A stretch of DNA of 64,000 nucleotides from Atractiella rhizophila (GCA_021432655.1 MU271297.1:32005-96004), one strand, 5' to 3'. Shown: positions 49,101 to 61,126, numbered from the stretch's first letter. The notes: generated by a model not told the origin, from the sequence alone. Translations and numbers: made by a program.

Positions 49101-50974
49101 CAGCAACAACCAACTCAGGCTTACCCGTCAGCTGCAGACGAGAAGGCGAGATTGTTCCGTGAAGCGAAAGAGATGGCTAATAGGAGCCAATCCGAAGCTC
49201 AGGCACAGGAAGCGATGCCCATGTCGATGAATAACGCTAACCCGACCACGAATGGCAGCGTGCAGGCGATCAATGGGGCTGGATACACGCAACAGCCTCA
49301 GCAATTGGCGTTTAACCAGTACCCGATGTCGAACATGACGAATGGTCAAAGTGGGATGCACGGCGCTAATCCTACCCTTCAACATGCTCCATATCCTACT
49401 AGCAACAATATTCTGACGCATGCTCCTTATCCCACTTCGACGTATCCAATGCCAGGGTTTGGATACACATCTTATGGTCATACAAGTATGTTGCTTGAAA
49501 ATGTTACATGCTTCTGTACTGATTCAGTCGACTAGGTACAGGATCAACGTCTTCACCTATGCCCGCTCCTTCTCCGACGCCATCTGCAACGTCCGGTCCA
49601 CCGCCTACAGACGAGAAGGCTCAAGTCGCGGCTTACTACAAAGCGAAAGAAGAAACGGAGAGGTTCCGATCAGGATTGGCGCCAAGTAGTGGATCGTCCT
49701 CGACATCCCTCACGCCGAACCAGGGAGGAGCCAATTTGCACTCCTCACCTTCGGTTAGAAACAAGAACAACTTTTATCCCACCAACGCTATCCCCGCGAA
49801 TCCAACATCTGGTAACACCCTTTACTCGCAGTCAGTAGTCGGATCTGCGAACGGCAATGCTAACTCCAACATCATCCCCGGCGCTTTATTGCCCCAAGCT
49901 ACAGGCACGTCGAGCACAGGCAATGCAGCTACCACCCTGACTGACGGTTCGCTTCTTGTTTTTGTTACTCTTGAGGTGAGGCTCACGTTCCCGGTAGAAC
50001 GGATGCGGTACTACGAGGCTATTCGTGCGAGAGACGCAGTTTCGAACCCTGGTGCTGCTCCGTCGGCTGCTCCCTACAAGTCAGCAGAGGAAGAGAAAGC
50101 TGGTACGTTGTTTCCATGATGAACCTCAACCTCACGGTGTCATTCTGATGTGGGACGCAACGCAGAATTGAAGCGCCAGCTGGAAAAATCAGAGATCACA
50201 CCACAGCCTCAACAGCCTCAGCAGCAAATGCCTCAACCGCAAACAGACGCGCTGCCCAACTACGGCGTACCTCCTCCACCGCAGCGATCAGAGAAGGCGG
50301 AAATGGCAGCTTATTACGCTGCGCGCGAGGCTACCGAACGCTTTACAGCGGCTGAAGAAGGTGGCCCCGATCCGGCTCCTACCACCCAAGTGAACGCTGC
50401 TCCAGTGCCTGCTGCTCATTCCTATGCGTTCCAAGGTCCCCCAGCCAGCTCCTCTTTCTCTTCGACTCCCCAGCGACGAGCGAGCCAGATGTCGCAGGAT
50501 TCTGATGGGTCGATTGAGAGGCGGGATCCGGAGATTTCGAAAGGCAAGCGACCTATGCGATCTGGTGCTCATTCGCCGGAATTGCATCAAACGCACCAAC
50601 AGCCAGCGTATAACAGTCCTCAGATGATACCAGAGGAACCGTCCCAGCCTCAGAATAACTTTTATCAATACAATCAGCCAATGCAGCAGCAGCAAATGCC
50701 TCCTCAATCTCAGCCAATGGGTCAGATGGGAATGCAGTCACCGCTTGCTCATGCTCCTTATCCTACCATGCCGACCGGTCAATATCCGTACAACTTCCTA
50801 CCAAGCATGCCTGTCAACGCAACAGCGTATTGGCAACAACAACAACAACAGCAGCAGCAGCCTGGCATGGGAACGTATCAGGGCTTCAATGCGTATTCGA
50901 TGTATGGATATCCAAACGCGAATGCACAAGGAAATGGAGCTGCCCCACCGAGACCTGCGAAGGTTCCTTACTAA
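46150..50974 (+). CDS. Arrestin-like protein with long low-complexity, repeat-containing C-terminus
   Basis: LTIRPPPHVDFVQGFPG, GTVEIR, WLRIELKKVE, |RDFPFSIAIPEGLPPT, GVFYELVASL; start may be 46414; 591-nt intron at 46774-47364. Confidence 0.8.
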
Positions 50975-51556
50975 CTCATCGTCCTCCCCTCCCGCACACC
51001 CTCCCGACATCACTTCGCCTTCTGATAGTTTGGTTCAAGATGGAATGGATTCATTGAACTAGATCCCTCATTTAGTGATTCTATCTTATTCTCATCCTTT
51101 CCTCCCTCTCCCCTTGTTCTTTGGGACCTTCGTGTTGATTTCATATTTCCCTGCGCTACATTTTGCCTGAAACAACATTCTCTTCTCCTTCCACCTCTTT
51201 CTGCTTCGCTTTGCTTTTGGTATACAACGCTTTCGGGTGACTCCTGTTCTTTTCTTTTCTTTTTACTTTGTTCATCGAAAACGGCTCAAGGTAGAGCCTT
51301 CTTTGTTCAGATTTTCACTTCATGATTGATCGATCGATGGACGGATAGAAGGACGAATCGATGGGATGTGCTAGTTTGGTCTTGTCTTTACAGCTCTAAT
51401 AGGTGAAAATCAAAGTAGGTAATCATCATGATCAGCGTCACATTGACAGTTCGCTCCGCTGTTCCTCCCAATCACAAATCCGTTCAAACGATCAAACGAT
51501 CAACGCATGGAATTCCCTTTTGAATATCCCTCAAACCACAACAAGAAAACGAAACA

Positions 51557-53219
51557 TCACACTAATCCCCTCTTCCTATCCTCCCTCCACCTCTCCCTCA
51601 AAGGATTCTTGATCAAATCCCGCGCCTTCTTGGTGAAGGATGACTCGCCGCTCTCCAATCCCCAGACGTGTATTCGGTCGGGATCGAGCACTTCGAGGTG
51701 GGGAGAGTAGGATGTGGATTCCCATAAATGGTACCTGTACCCATCATCCGCATTTGTTCGTTAGCGACTAAAGCGTCTGTGGTAGAGGAGGGCGACGAAC
51801 GCGAATTGTTTGGAACGTTTGAAGTCGTATGAGAGTGATTTGTGGACGAGGTCGAGGTGCTCGTCGTGCCTTTGCATCGTTCAGTCGTTAGTCTTTAGTG
51901 TTTAGAGTGGAAGAGAAGAGAGGACGGACCAAAGAGGCCAGAAGAACGCTCGCTTGTCTAAGACTGCGACCTCGTACGGATTTTTTAGCGCCAGTTCCTG
52001 TCCACATACACAAGCATAGTTGGTGACGGACGACAGTTAAGAATGAAGGAAACGAACGTATGGTTTTGATACGCTGTGTGCGGCCTGTATGCAAACCAGG
52101 TGTTCAGAATTGAGAGGTGTCAAGTTTAGAGTGATGGAGAAACGAATTTAAAGATGAGGAAGAAGGAGAGACGCACCCATAGGCCTTTATCAAAGGTTCG
52201 ATAGCTTTGATACCACCTGCTGATGAATGGTGCCCACGGTTGGGCGAGAATGATGGCGTTGCATAGCCCAGAGGGTTCGACGAGGGATGGGTCTGGTTGG
52301 GCTTCGATTCCCATCACTACCGGAAGGTGGTAGAGGGGCGAGAAAGGGCGGAGGACGAATACGTCTAGGTCTCTTCATGATATGTTTTCAGTATTCAGTC
52401 GACAAGGGAAGGATTGGCGTGGCGCACAGGTAAACTGGGAGGTGAGATGTTAGAGGAATGAGAGGAAAGGACGGAGAGACTTACTGCCTCCATAATGCAA
52501 TAAGGCCTCCAACCTTACGATATCCGCCTTGTGAGCCCAATGTTCTACCGGTCTCCCCCAAATGGATGTGACGTCCACCACCCTCCTGACCTCCACCTTA
52601 GCCTCCTTCCCGCTCTCTCCGATCCACCTCTCCTCCAACACGCGGTCCCACCACCAATTCTCTCCCTTCTTCGGAGGGTTCATGGTCCAAAAGAACACTC
52701 TGTCAGGTTTGATGTGCGTGATGCCGGAGAGGAAGCAGAGGTAGTGGACGAAGCCGAACGACTTCTCACGTGGCGGGGAGGTTGGCGAGGTGGAAGAGAG
52801 GAAGAATGAATAGTGGATGTATGGCGGGATGAGTCTGTTCGCCTGTATCGACCAGTTCGCATGCAGCGGCGCACTCGCTGCATTCTCCAGCTCTGGCGTC
52901 AAAGATAATGAGGAAGGAGAGAAGTCCTCGACGGGCAGAGGGATGACCGCGTCCACATCGCTGCCGTACCAGTTGTATCCCTCGGCGGGCCGTACGAGGT
53001 GGTTGGGCGGCACGAGGAAGGGGACGTTGGAGGGGCTGCTGCTCGAGAGCGACGGCGGGGAGGAGCGTCGGCCCCAGAGGTAGCCGATGAGGAAGGGGGG
53101 AGCAGCCACGCGAGCAGCCGGAGCAGCGACGCACGCCGGGAGAAGGGACGCGAGGGGCCGTACACGGGCGAGGTGGACGTGGATAGGGGGCGGATGGAGA
53201 AGCGTGGTAGTGTGCGCAT
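51557..53219 (-). CDS. Glycosyltransferase family 32 (DXD sugar-binding); apparent 1-nt frameshift near the N-terminus
   Basis: IPPYIHY, HKADIVRLEALLHYGG|IYL|DLDVFVLRPF, LCNAIILAQP..PFISRW, YHLWES. Confidence 0.85.
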
Positions 53220-53297
53220 CTTCGCACTTTTCATCGCGACGAGACAAGACGTGGAGGGCAGAGGGTATTACATAATCCACAATGCAGAAACTGTATG

Positions 53298-53306
53298 GTC
53301 ACGTGA
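53298..53306. promoter_or_regulatory. GTCACGTGA E-box (Cbf1/bHLH-type)
   Basis: Exact motif in the ~120-bp gap upstream of the GT32 gene. Confidence 0.4.
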
Positions 53307-53342
53307 TAAGCATGAAAGAATGTCAGTCGTCTTCCTCATCCG

Positions 53343-54737
53343 TCATTTCATCCTCAAACGCCATCCCTCCCTCTCTCTTCCTCCACCGCCATCCATCGCT
53401 CTTTGGCCCACTCTTCTAGGGATAAGTATTGAGCTCCATCCCCTCTCTCTAGCAACCAAACATCCCAATTTCCATGAAATGTGGAATAATTGCAGATGGA
53501 AGGAGACGCACGGAGTGAGATTGAAGAACTCCCGCAGGTTCTCCACTCCTCCGAAATCATACGGATTCCGATACACCTCCCCTCGTGCCCTCATCACTTT
53601 CGTGTAGTACTCATTGTCGTAGCTCTCAACGGTAGTTTGTCCTCCCCACACCAGAGCAAACTATCTTTCCATCAGCTTCTTCTTTCCACCAAAAGACATA
53701 GGGGAGACGGGAGAAAGAGAAAGACAGGAGGACGAACCTGCCACACCCCCATCACGCCCGCACACAGCGCCATCGCGGCGGCGAGGACCCAGCTGAGGAG
53801 GACGGCGAAACGAGGGGTGAGGTGGTCCCACGATTTGGTGTAGCTGATCGCGTCCATGAGAGCGCTCCAACCGGAGACGCAGTAGACGAGGCAGGCGGTG
53901 GGGAAGTAGAGGAGGAAGAGGAGGAAGTAGCGTTCGTTGTGTAGACCGACGCAGGATGAGAGCCACGGACAGTGGTGGTCGTACCTGTCCACACAACCCA
54001 CACATTAAGTGTGTTCTGAGATTGCATGTTAGAGAGAGAGAACACACTTGAGGATGCAGGTACCGCATATTCTGGGACGTTTCGCATTAGAGATTGGAAG
54101 GATTAGAGTGTGGGATGGGGGACGGACCGACAGTGATGTGCTCGAGCTGGTTTGAGGTTGGCAGTTTCTGGGCATTTTCGACAACGGCGAGGGGCATCGT
54201 TGAGAGAGATAGCGGATGAAGGAGGGGAGGTAGATGGTGTGCCTGGTGGTGTAGTTACCGCCTGGTAGTATGTCCATAGGAACCTTTATGAACCAGTGTC
54301 AGTTTGCCATCAGCATACATGAAAGGGAGCGTACATGTAGGTGAGATATAAGGAGAAAAGGAGGAATAAAAAATGGGAGAGGGGAGAAGAAGGGAAGACG
54401 GAGGGAAGGATGACTTCATCTGTTCGGATTCATCCTCTCACTCCTTCATTCTCACGCTGGGCAGAAGGATCGCGACGCACAGTACGAGATGATGGCTGTA
54501 AGAAACAGCAGCAGAGCGAGAGACACGAATACGGGCCTGTCATTTCAGTTTAATTCATCAACACCTGAGGATATAGAGGGAACGCACCCAACTGCCTTTG
54601 TGAATCGGTAGCTGAATCGCTCAAATGACCTGTGCTCCCGTCAGTCACCCTCAGACTGTGGTATCTGTCGAGGGAAATTACCGGAAACAAGAGAACACGC
54701 ATCCGCTTGCCCTCTTCAGAAGCGTTGAGAAAACCAT
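53343..54737 (-). CDS. DHHC palmitoyltransferase
   Basis: CRKC...[60 protein letters not shown]. Confidence 0.92.
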
Positions 54738-54792
54738 TGTCTAAATCCTTCGACTATGGTTACGTTGCGCGTGCGTGTTAATTCGGCCGCCA

Positions 54793-54800
54793 TCACGTGA
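54793..54800. promoter_or_regulatory. TCACGTGA E-box in 92-bp bidirectional promoter
   Basis: Palindrome between the divergent ATGs at 54737 and 54830. Confidence 0.4.
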
Positions 54801-54829
54801 GTAAAATTTGGAAGATTTTGGTGTGCGAG

Positions 54830-56580
54830 ATGGACTTTTACCAGCATTGCGCTGAAGTCCTGTGCCAGTTGAGAAAGGAGGAGAATACGTCTTCTTTGCG
54901 CTCGTTGTGCTATTCTTCCGTCTCTTCCATCCCGCAACATCAGCAGAAAAGGGTTTACAAAGTCGTCTCTGAGACGCTCAAATGTACTGCTTCCCCTACC
55001 TTTTTTTGATTGTTATTGAGGTTCTCATTGAGCGCAGACACGGATGCAATCGATGCTATAGTCAAGAAATCTCAGATCCTCAAGACCGAAAAAATCCCAC
55101 CACTTCCAAAAGGCTCAACCAGCTTTGAAGGCAAAGACATCCTTCATGTGCTCGTCTATCAGCTCCTCTTCTCTCAGCAGGAGAGAGTAGAGATCTCCAA
55201 TCTCAAGGGATTAAAAGAGGGGAATAAGTGGCTGACGCTGCTCTCCAGAAATTTGACACGGTACTTTCTGTCACCTGTCCCTGTTGAGTTTGTTGGCTGA
55301 TCAAGAGAGCGGCTGTAGGCTGAAGTCAGAATTGTCGCGGGAGAAGTTACGACGAGGGGTCACCTCTTCAGCATCCTTGCGCTCGGATNNNNNNNNNNNN
55401 NNNNNNNNNNNNNNNNNNNNNNNNNNNNNNNNNNNNNNNNNNNNNNNNNNNNNNNNNNNNNNNNNNNNNNNNNNNNNNNNNNNNNNNNNNNNNNNNNNNN
55501 NNNNNNNNNNNNNNNNNNNNNNNNNNNNNNNNNNNNNNNNNNNNNNNNNNNNNNNNNNNNNNNNNNNNNNNNNNNNNNNNNNNNNNNNNTGGCTCCTGTA
55601 TGCCGGCTCATGCCCTCTTTCCTTCACCTCCAGTAGAAGAGATGGAGGTGTTGGATTGCTGTGCCGCTCCCGGGAACAAGACATCTCACCTTGCTGCTAT
55701 TCTAGGAAATAAGGGGAAAGTACATGCTTTCGAGAGGGATGAAAAAAGGTTTCAAGTGCTGAAATCGATGTGGGAAAGCCGGGCAAAAAGTAGGTGATCA
55801 CTTCTCTTTCTTCGCTCGCTCATGCTTCGTTCAAAAGACATTCAGTTTTACAACCGTGATTTCCTATCTGTCGATCCGACAGAGTTCAAAAACGTAACAC
55901 ACATCCTATGCGATCCCTCTTGCTGTTTGTCTTCCTCCTCCACTATTTTACGTCCCACATTAACGCTGTTCCTCCAAATAATACAGCAGGCTCGGGGATG
56001 GTGACACAACACGCAGGAACCTCCATCTCTTCCCTCCCACGCGACCCCAAGCGCCCTCTCCTCACTCTCAAATTTCCAACTACAAATCCTCTCACACGCG
56101 CTACGCTTCCCCTCAGCGATGCGCGTCACCTATTCAACGTGCTCGGTCTGGGGAGAAGAGAACGAAGAGGTCGTTTGGCGGGCACTTCAGAAGGAGGATA
56201 TTAGACGCAGAGGATGGACCCTCGCAAAGAGAGAAACGGTCATACCCACCTGGGAGAGGAGAGGAGATCCAGAAGTGTTGTCAAGGATTGGAGCGGGAGT
56301 AGAGGAGGCGGAGGCGAAGGAATATTGTCAGGGTATGGTGCGGTGTAATCCGTTTCTGGATGTTTGTAATGCCGGCTTCTTCCTTGCTTGTTTCGAGAGA
56401 ATAGTGGTAGAGGATGAGGCTGATGATGCTGGAGTGAGGGAGAAGAAGAGGAAGCGTCTTGAGGAAGATTATGGCGGAGGGGATGAAGTCGATGAGGAGA
56501 AGTTGGATGGGGAAGGGGAAAGAAAAAAGAAGAAGAAGAAGAAGGGCAAGACGAAATCAAATGGCATTTCACATCCTTAA
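54830..56580 (+). CDS. RCM1: 25S rRNA cytosine-C5 methyltransferase (Rcm1/NSUN5-like); interrupted by an assembly gap and a frameshift
   Basis: MDFY start, VLDCCAAPGNKTSHLA, ILCDPSC|SGSG, FQLQILSHALRFP, VTYSTCSV..EENEEVV, GFFLACFER, Lys-rich tail. Confidence 0.85.
55389..55589. other. Assembly gap (N run)
   Basis: Run of n characters. Confidence 1.
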
Positions 56581-56744
56581 AGTCTAACTCATTCGTTGGA
56601 TCCTCAGAAAATATGAACAAGCTAACGCGTTTCCTCCCTCCTTTAAGCCTTAAACGGAAGCACCGAAGTATGTGCTACCTGTTGGAGTGGTCACCTCGTT
56701 CATGTTATTATGACAACCGAACTTTCCACTGGCACATGTTACAT

Positions 56745-58230
56745 TCAATCCACAATCCCCCAAATCCGTTCCAGCAGCACTCTCACAATCTCCTTCGAAC
56801 CAGGTGTCTTACACAGGACATTGACTCCTCTGCCAGTATGAGCTGTAAGCTCCTCTCCAGTCGCCTGCTTCGACTCATCATTGTATGATCGATTTTTCAG
56901 TATTTCCCCTTCATTTTTGACGGATGCTCGTCTGTCAATTACGCACATTCCTCTGGTTAACTCTCCAGTCCTGTGATTTGGATTTATTGAGGACGCACGA
57001 GAATGAAAGTCAAGGAAGCACTGACCGTTCAATATCCAAGTATCGCGTCTCTACAGCCCATTGCGAGGAAGAGTCCATCAATGCTGCTGTCCATACTACG
57101 CAAGGATCATGAAGCTTTGAGGATGCTCTCATTAAATTTTGTTTCCCTCTGGAAGAATGAACGAAGGGAGTAAGGACAGACCTCCATACCCTCTCCTCCT
57201 AGGAGTGTCATCACCTCCTTCAGTCTTTCAAGAACCGCTACCCAAAATCTACTTAATCTTGTTCTCTGAGTCGCCACCTTCTGTTCAAACAGCTGGAATG
57301 GTAGGGCATGACTGGCTGTCGTATCGAGAGAGACAAGTAGTAGGTCCACTGTTTTCTCACCCGCATCCGCCGCCGGGAGAGATTTAGACCAGTCAAATAC
57401 TTCTTTTGCAGCGAATGGATCCGCGAATACGTTGAATTCAGCAACTGGAGAAGTGTTTCCGGGGACGTCGAGAGCGCCACCCATAATCAAGATCTTGGAC
57501 GCTTTCCTCAATGAGGAAGAGGAGTCGGCGCGGATAGTACGTGCGAGGTTCGTGAGAGGCCCAAGATATATAAAGGTGAGAGTATTAGGTGGATGGGTAG
57601 AGAGGAGGTGTATCTTGAGCTCTGGGACAGAGAGTGGGGTCGAACGAAAATAGCGCGAGTGGAGGCTTGCAATTTCAGAGGAAGACGAGAAGCTTGGAGG
57701 CGTCAAATCTGGAAAACGGGTCGTGATGTCTGATAATCCATCCCTGCGCGCAAATTTAGTACTTAATGCACAGAAAAACGAAGGAGGTACTCTACCGCCC
57801 GTGAAAGTATTCAGCTTTGTGTTTAGGACCCTCGACGGGTTGCTCTGCTCCTTTCACTAAGAAAGGCCGTATTCCACGCCCCGCTTCCTCATCATCGACT
57901 GTTATGAAGTTGCAGAAACGCTCTCTATCTGAGGGATTCTCTTGCAAGTGAATTTCAATGTTGTAATATAATTTAAGGACGTTGAGATACTCTGACGAGA
58001 CATCGGAGTTGCCAAAGCAAAGCGTGAGTGCTAAAATCTCAAATTCGGGAGAGCAAAGCGCGAGACAGATAGCCAGTACATCGTCTACTCCTGTCATTTC
58101 CACATCAGTTTTGAACAAACGCTTGGAGAATACCAACCTGGATCGCAGTCAACTGCAAAGTGGGATCATGAGCTGATTTCTATGCCAGATAAAAGGAGAC
58201 TCAGCTGATTATCTTCTTGCGATCCTGCAT
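56745..58230 (-). CDS. Inosine/uridine-preferring nucleoside hydrolase
   Basis: IDCDP|GVDD, FGNS, YFHG.DGL, LGPLTNLA, MGGALDVPGNTSPVAEFNVFADPFAA, LHDP. Confidence 0.92.
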
Positions 58231-58422
58231 GCCTTATCATCACCTGTTCTGCCTTATCGCCAATCCAAAACCAAACCTGTCGACCTGGCAAATTGAAATG
58301 TTGGACGGTGGAACTACAGGAAGACTAAGATCGAAGTGTTGAGTCGTGTTTCCAAAAAACATCACGCAACTTCTTTGGGGCATTGGTCGAGAAAGAGCAG
58401 CTAGGACAGGGAAAAGAGCATA

Positions 58423-59819
58423 ATGGCACCACAGTTCACAGGTAACAAGCATAGCGAGTCTGCTGCAGCTCGAGTATTGGGCAGTGGGACGTCAGGTGAG
58501 TATTACTTGCGCTGAAAATGGGTCTCCCCTCAATTTGCTTTCTTTCATGATGAAGGTGTGGCCGAGCTCATGCTCTTTCATCCCGTTGATACAATTGCGA
58601 AACGGTTGATGAGCAATCGTGGCAAGGTAAATTGTGCAACCGTTTGAGTTCGGAATGTCTGGAGCTGAAGCTACGTGTTGCAAAGGTGTCAAGTGTTGGG
58701 CTCGGCACTGTTATCTTCCGTGATAAAGCGTCAGCATCTGCGGGAACAAAGTTCCTCTCGCTCTTTCCTGGGCTCGGTTATGCGGCGGGTTATAAGGTAC
58801 TCCAGCGGATATACAAGTGCATCTTTTCCTCTTCTTTGGAGAAAAGTTGACGAGTGCGCAAAGATTTGGTGGTCAGCCATACTTTAACGACTTCCTTTCG
58901 TCCAACTACAAATCAACGTTCGTTAACCTATTTGGAGAGAAGAATGGCAAGGCTATGTGCCATGCTGCAGCCGGAAGGTGCGTTCCTCATTCCCTGCCCT
59001 CTCGTCGGGATATTGATGCGGTTCGGTAGTTTGACCGGGGTCGGAGAGATCATTCTTCTCCCTCTTGACGTGCTAAAGATTAAGCGACAGTATGTCTTTC
59101 TTGTCTGCTCAGCCCAGTTGTGGAGGAAAACGGAAAAATAGAACAAATCCGGAAGCGTTCAAAGGACGTGGAGTCATCACTCTTGTTAGGGAAGAGAACT
59201 TTAAGCTTTATCGAGGATGGGGATGGACGGCGGCTCGTAATGCACCGGGTAGCTTTGCTGTTAGTATTTCCAAGTTATTACCCACCGATATGAGGAGTTC
59301 TCACGTCGCTTGCTTAGCTTTTCGGAGCGTCAGCTTTCACAAAGGAATACGCCTTTGGATTGACGGATTATCGAAAGGCAACATGGACCCAAAATTTTAT
59401 TTCTTCAATCGCTGGATCCGTAAGCTTTTGCTCCCTTCCGAGTTCAATTCTTAGAAGCTTTTGGGTGCCGTTTGCAGGTCGCTTCCATCGTCATCTCGCA
59501 ACCTCTAGATGTCATTAAGGTACCATGCTTATATTTTCCCTTTAATCACTGTGCTGATTCGGATATTAGACACGGATACAAAACCAAAACTTCGAGTCTA
59601 AAGTTGGTGGATTGACCATTTGCAAAGATCTTATCAGGGAAGAAGGCTTTCGTGGCTTTTTCAAAGGTTGCACGCCTAAGGTCCGTTTTGAATTGCTCTG
59701 TCCCTGTTTCCCACGGCTCATCATTCTGTGAATTATAGGTCCTCGTTGTTGGCCCCAAGCTCATCTTCTCCTTTACACTCGCACAGAGTCTCATTCCCTT
59801 GTTCGCGAACTATGTCTAG
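58423..59819 (+). CDS. GGC1: Mitochondrial GTP/GDP carrier
   Basis: ARVLGSGTSG..ELMLFHPVDTIAKRLMSN, SLFPGLGYAAGYKVLQRIYKFGGQP, LYRGWGWTAARNAPGSFALFG, GPKLIFSF; 9 introns. Confidence 0.92.
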
Positions 59820-60224
59820 AGTGGACTCTAGATTTAGAAAACTTGCCATAGATCCCTCTATCCCTCCCCCTGGTAGAAAAGTACATTTGTCTCGCTACGT
59901 TTTAAAATTTCGATAGGAACGCCGTCGTCCTATGCCGTTAGGCTTGAGCTGTTTTGGACTATGCAGTACTTATATACCTTACACTTAAAGCTCCACTCTG
60001 GCAATGTATTTATGCTATTCACGCATCGCAAGGTGTACACTGTGAACTTGAAAAGTCTGAAGGCTGATACAGTTGAGGTAATAAAGCTGAGGGATCGAGT
60101 AAGAAGCTGGCTAGTTTAACTTGTATTTGAACTGAGGTAAGATTTTCCAACTTCTCTGTAGAGATGGGGCATCCCACCATTTGATCCACAAACGCAGGCG
60201 ATACGCAGCTTGATCAGACATTGT

Positions 60225-61126
60225 TCATTCTTCAAACCGATTCATCAATGGATTCCTTCCGCCTGAGTTAGTAGGATCATCTTAAAAATGACCAGTGAGC
60301 AGACGTACTCTAATACCCTAGTCCCAAAGTAAGCCGTAACATGACTCCAAGGCTTCAACTGTTTCTCCATAGCGAGAGCATCGTATAACTTCCTGCTCCA
60401 CCCTTCCCTCGGCCAAGCTCTCACGATCTCTTCGACAGTCTGGATGTGCAACAGATTGCCGTATTCCGCTAGACCCACGTTGTCTGTCACCGTTCCCAGC
60501 TGGATGAGCTGCCCATAGACTACAATCTGCACGAAGCGCGCAACTCAGTGCTATTGAGAGTGGGTGGAAGGAACCATACACTCCCAGGTCCAAATTCCGT
60601 ATGTCGACAGATTGTTTCCGCGACCAAATCAGCCACATCAAGAGTTGCTCCTTGCTCGAGTAACCAGTCCCGAGCGAGAAAAGCGCCAAAGTATTCGAAG
60701 CTCATTTTAGTCCTGTCCCTCCGCATCATCATCCAGACACAAAGAGCTAGGGAAGAAGGACGGACGCTTTGCGGTTCGACGGTGTACAACCGAGGTCGTG
60801 GAAGAGGCAGGAGAGGTAAAAGGTCTCTGGATCCCACCTCCATTCGGGGAATTGGATCTCTGCAATCGCTGCAGCTGCGCTCACAATACAATTTAGTGGT
60901 TAACAAAGAAGCTATTAGGGCACGAACCAAGATAAAATGACCTTTGGGAGTGATTGTAAACTTCGACCGGCAGCTGAGCCTTCAAGTATTCTTCTGCGCG
61001 TTTGACCAGCGATGAGGAGGCGAAGGTGGAGGCGTATTTTGAAGCCAGATGGTTGTATGTGAGAGGTGCCGGATAGGGTGTTGCTGGAGATAGGGAAGAG
61101 AGGGACAGAGGGACGGTTTGACACAT
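60225..61126 (-). CDS. HD-domain cyanamide hydratase family protein (Ddi2/3-like)
   Basis: LP.EVYNHSQR, LSCLFHDLG, TKMSFEYFGA, VAETICRH, GQLIQLGT..DNVG, EKQLKPWSH.T, NPLM. Confidence 0.85.

Noticed and set aside
50833..50860. CAA/CAG run
   Set aside because: Ordinary polyglutamine tract in the arrestin tail.
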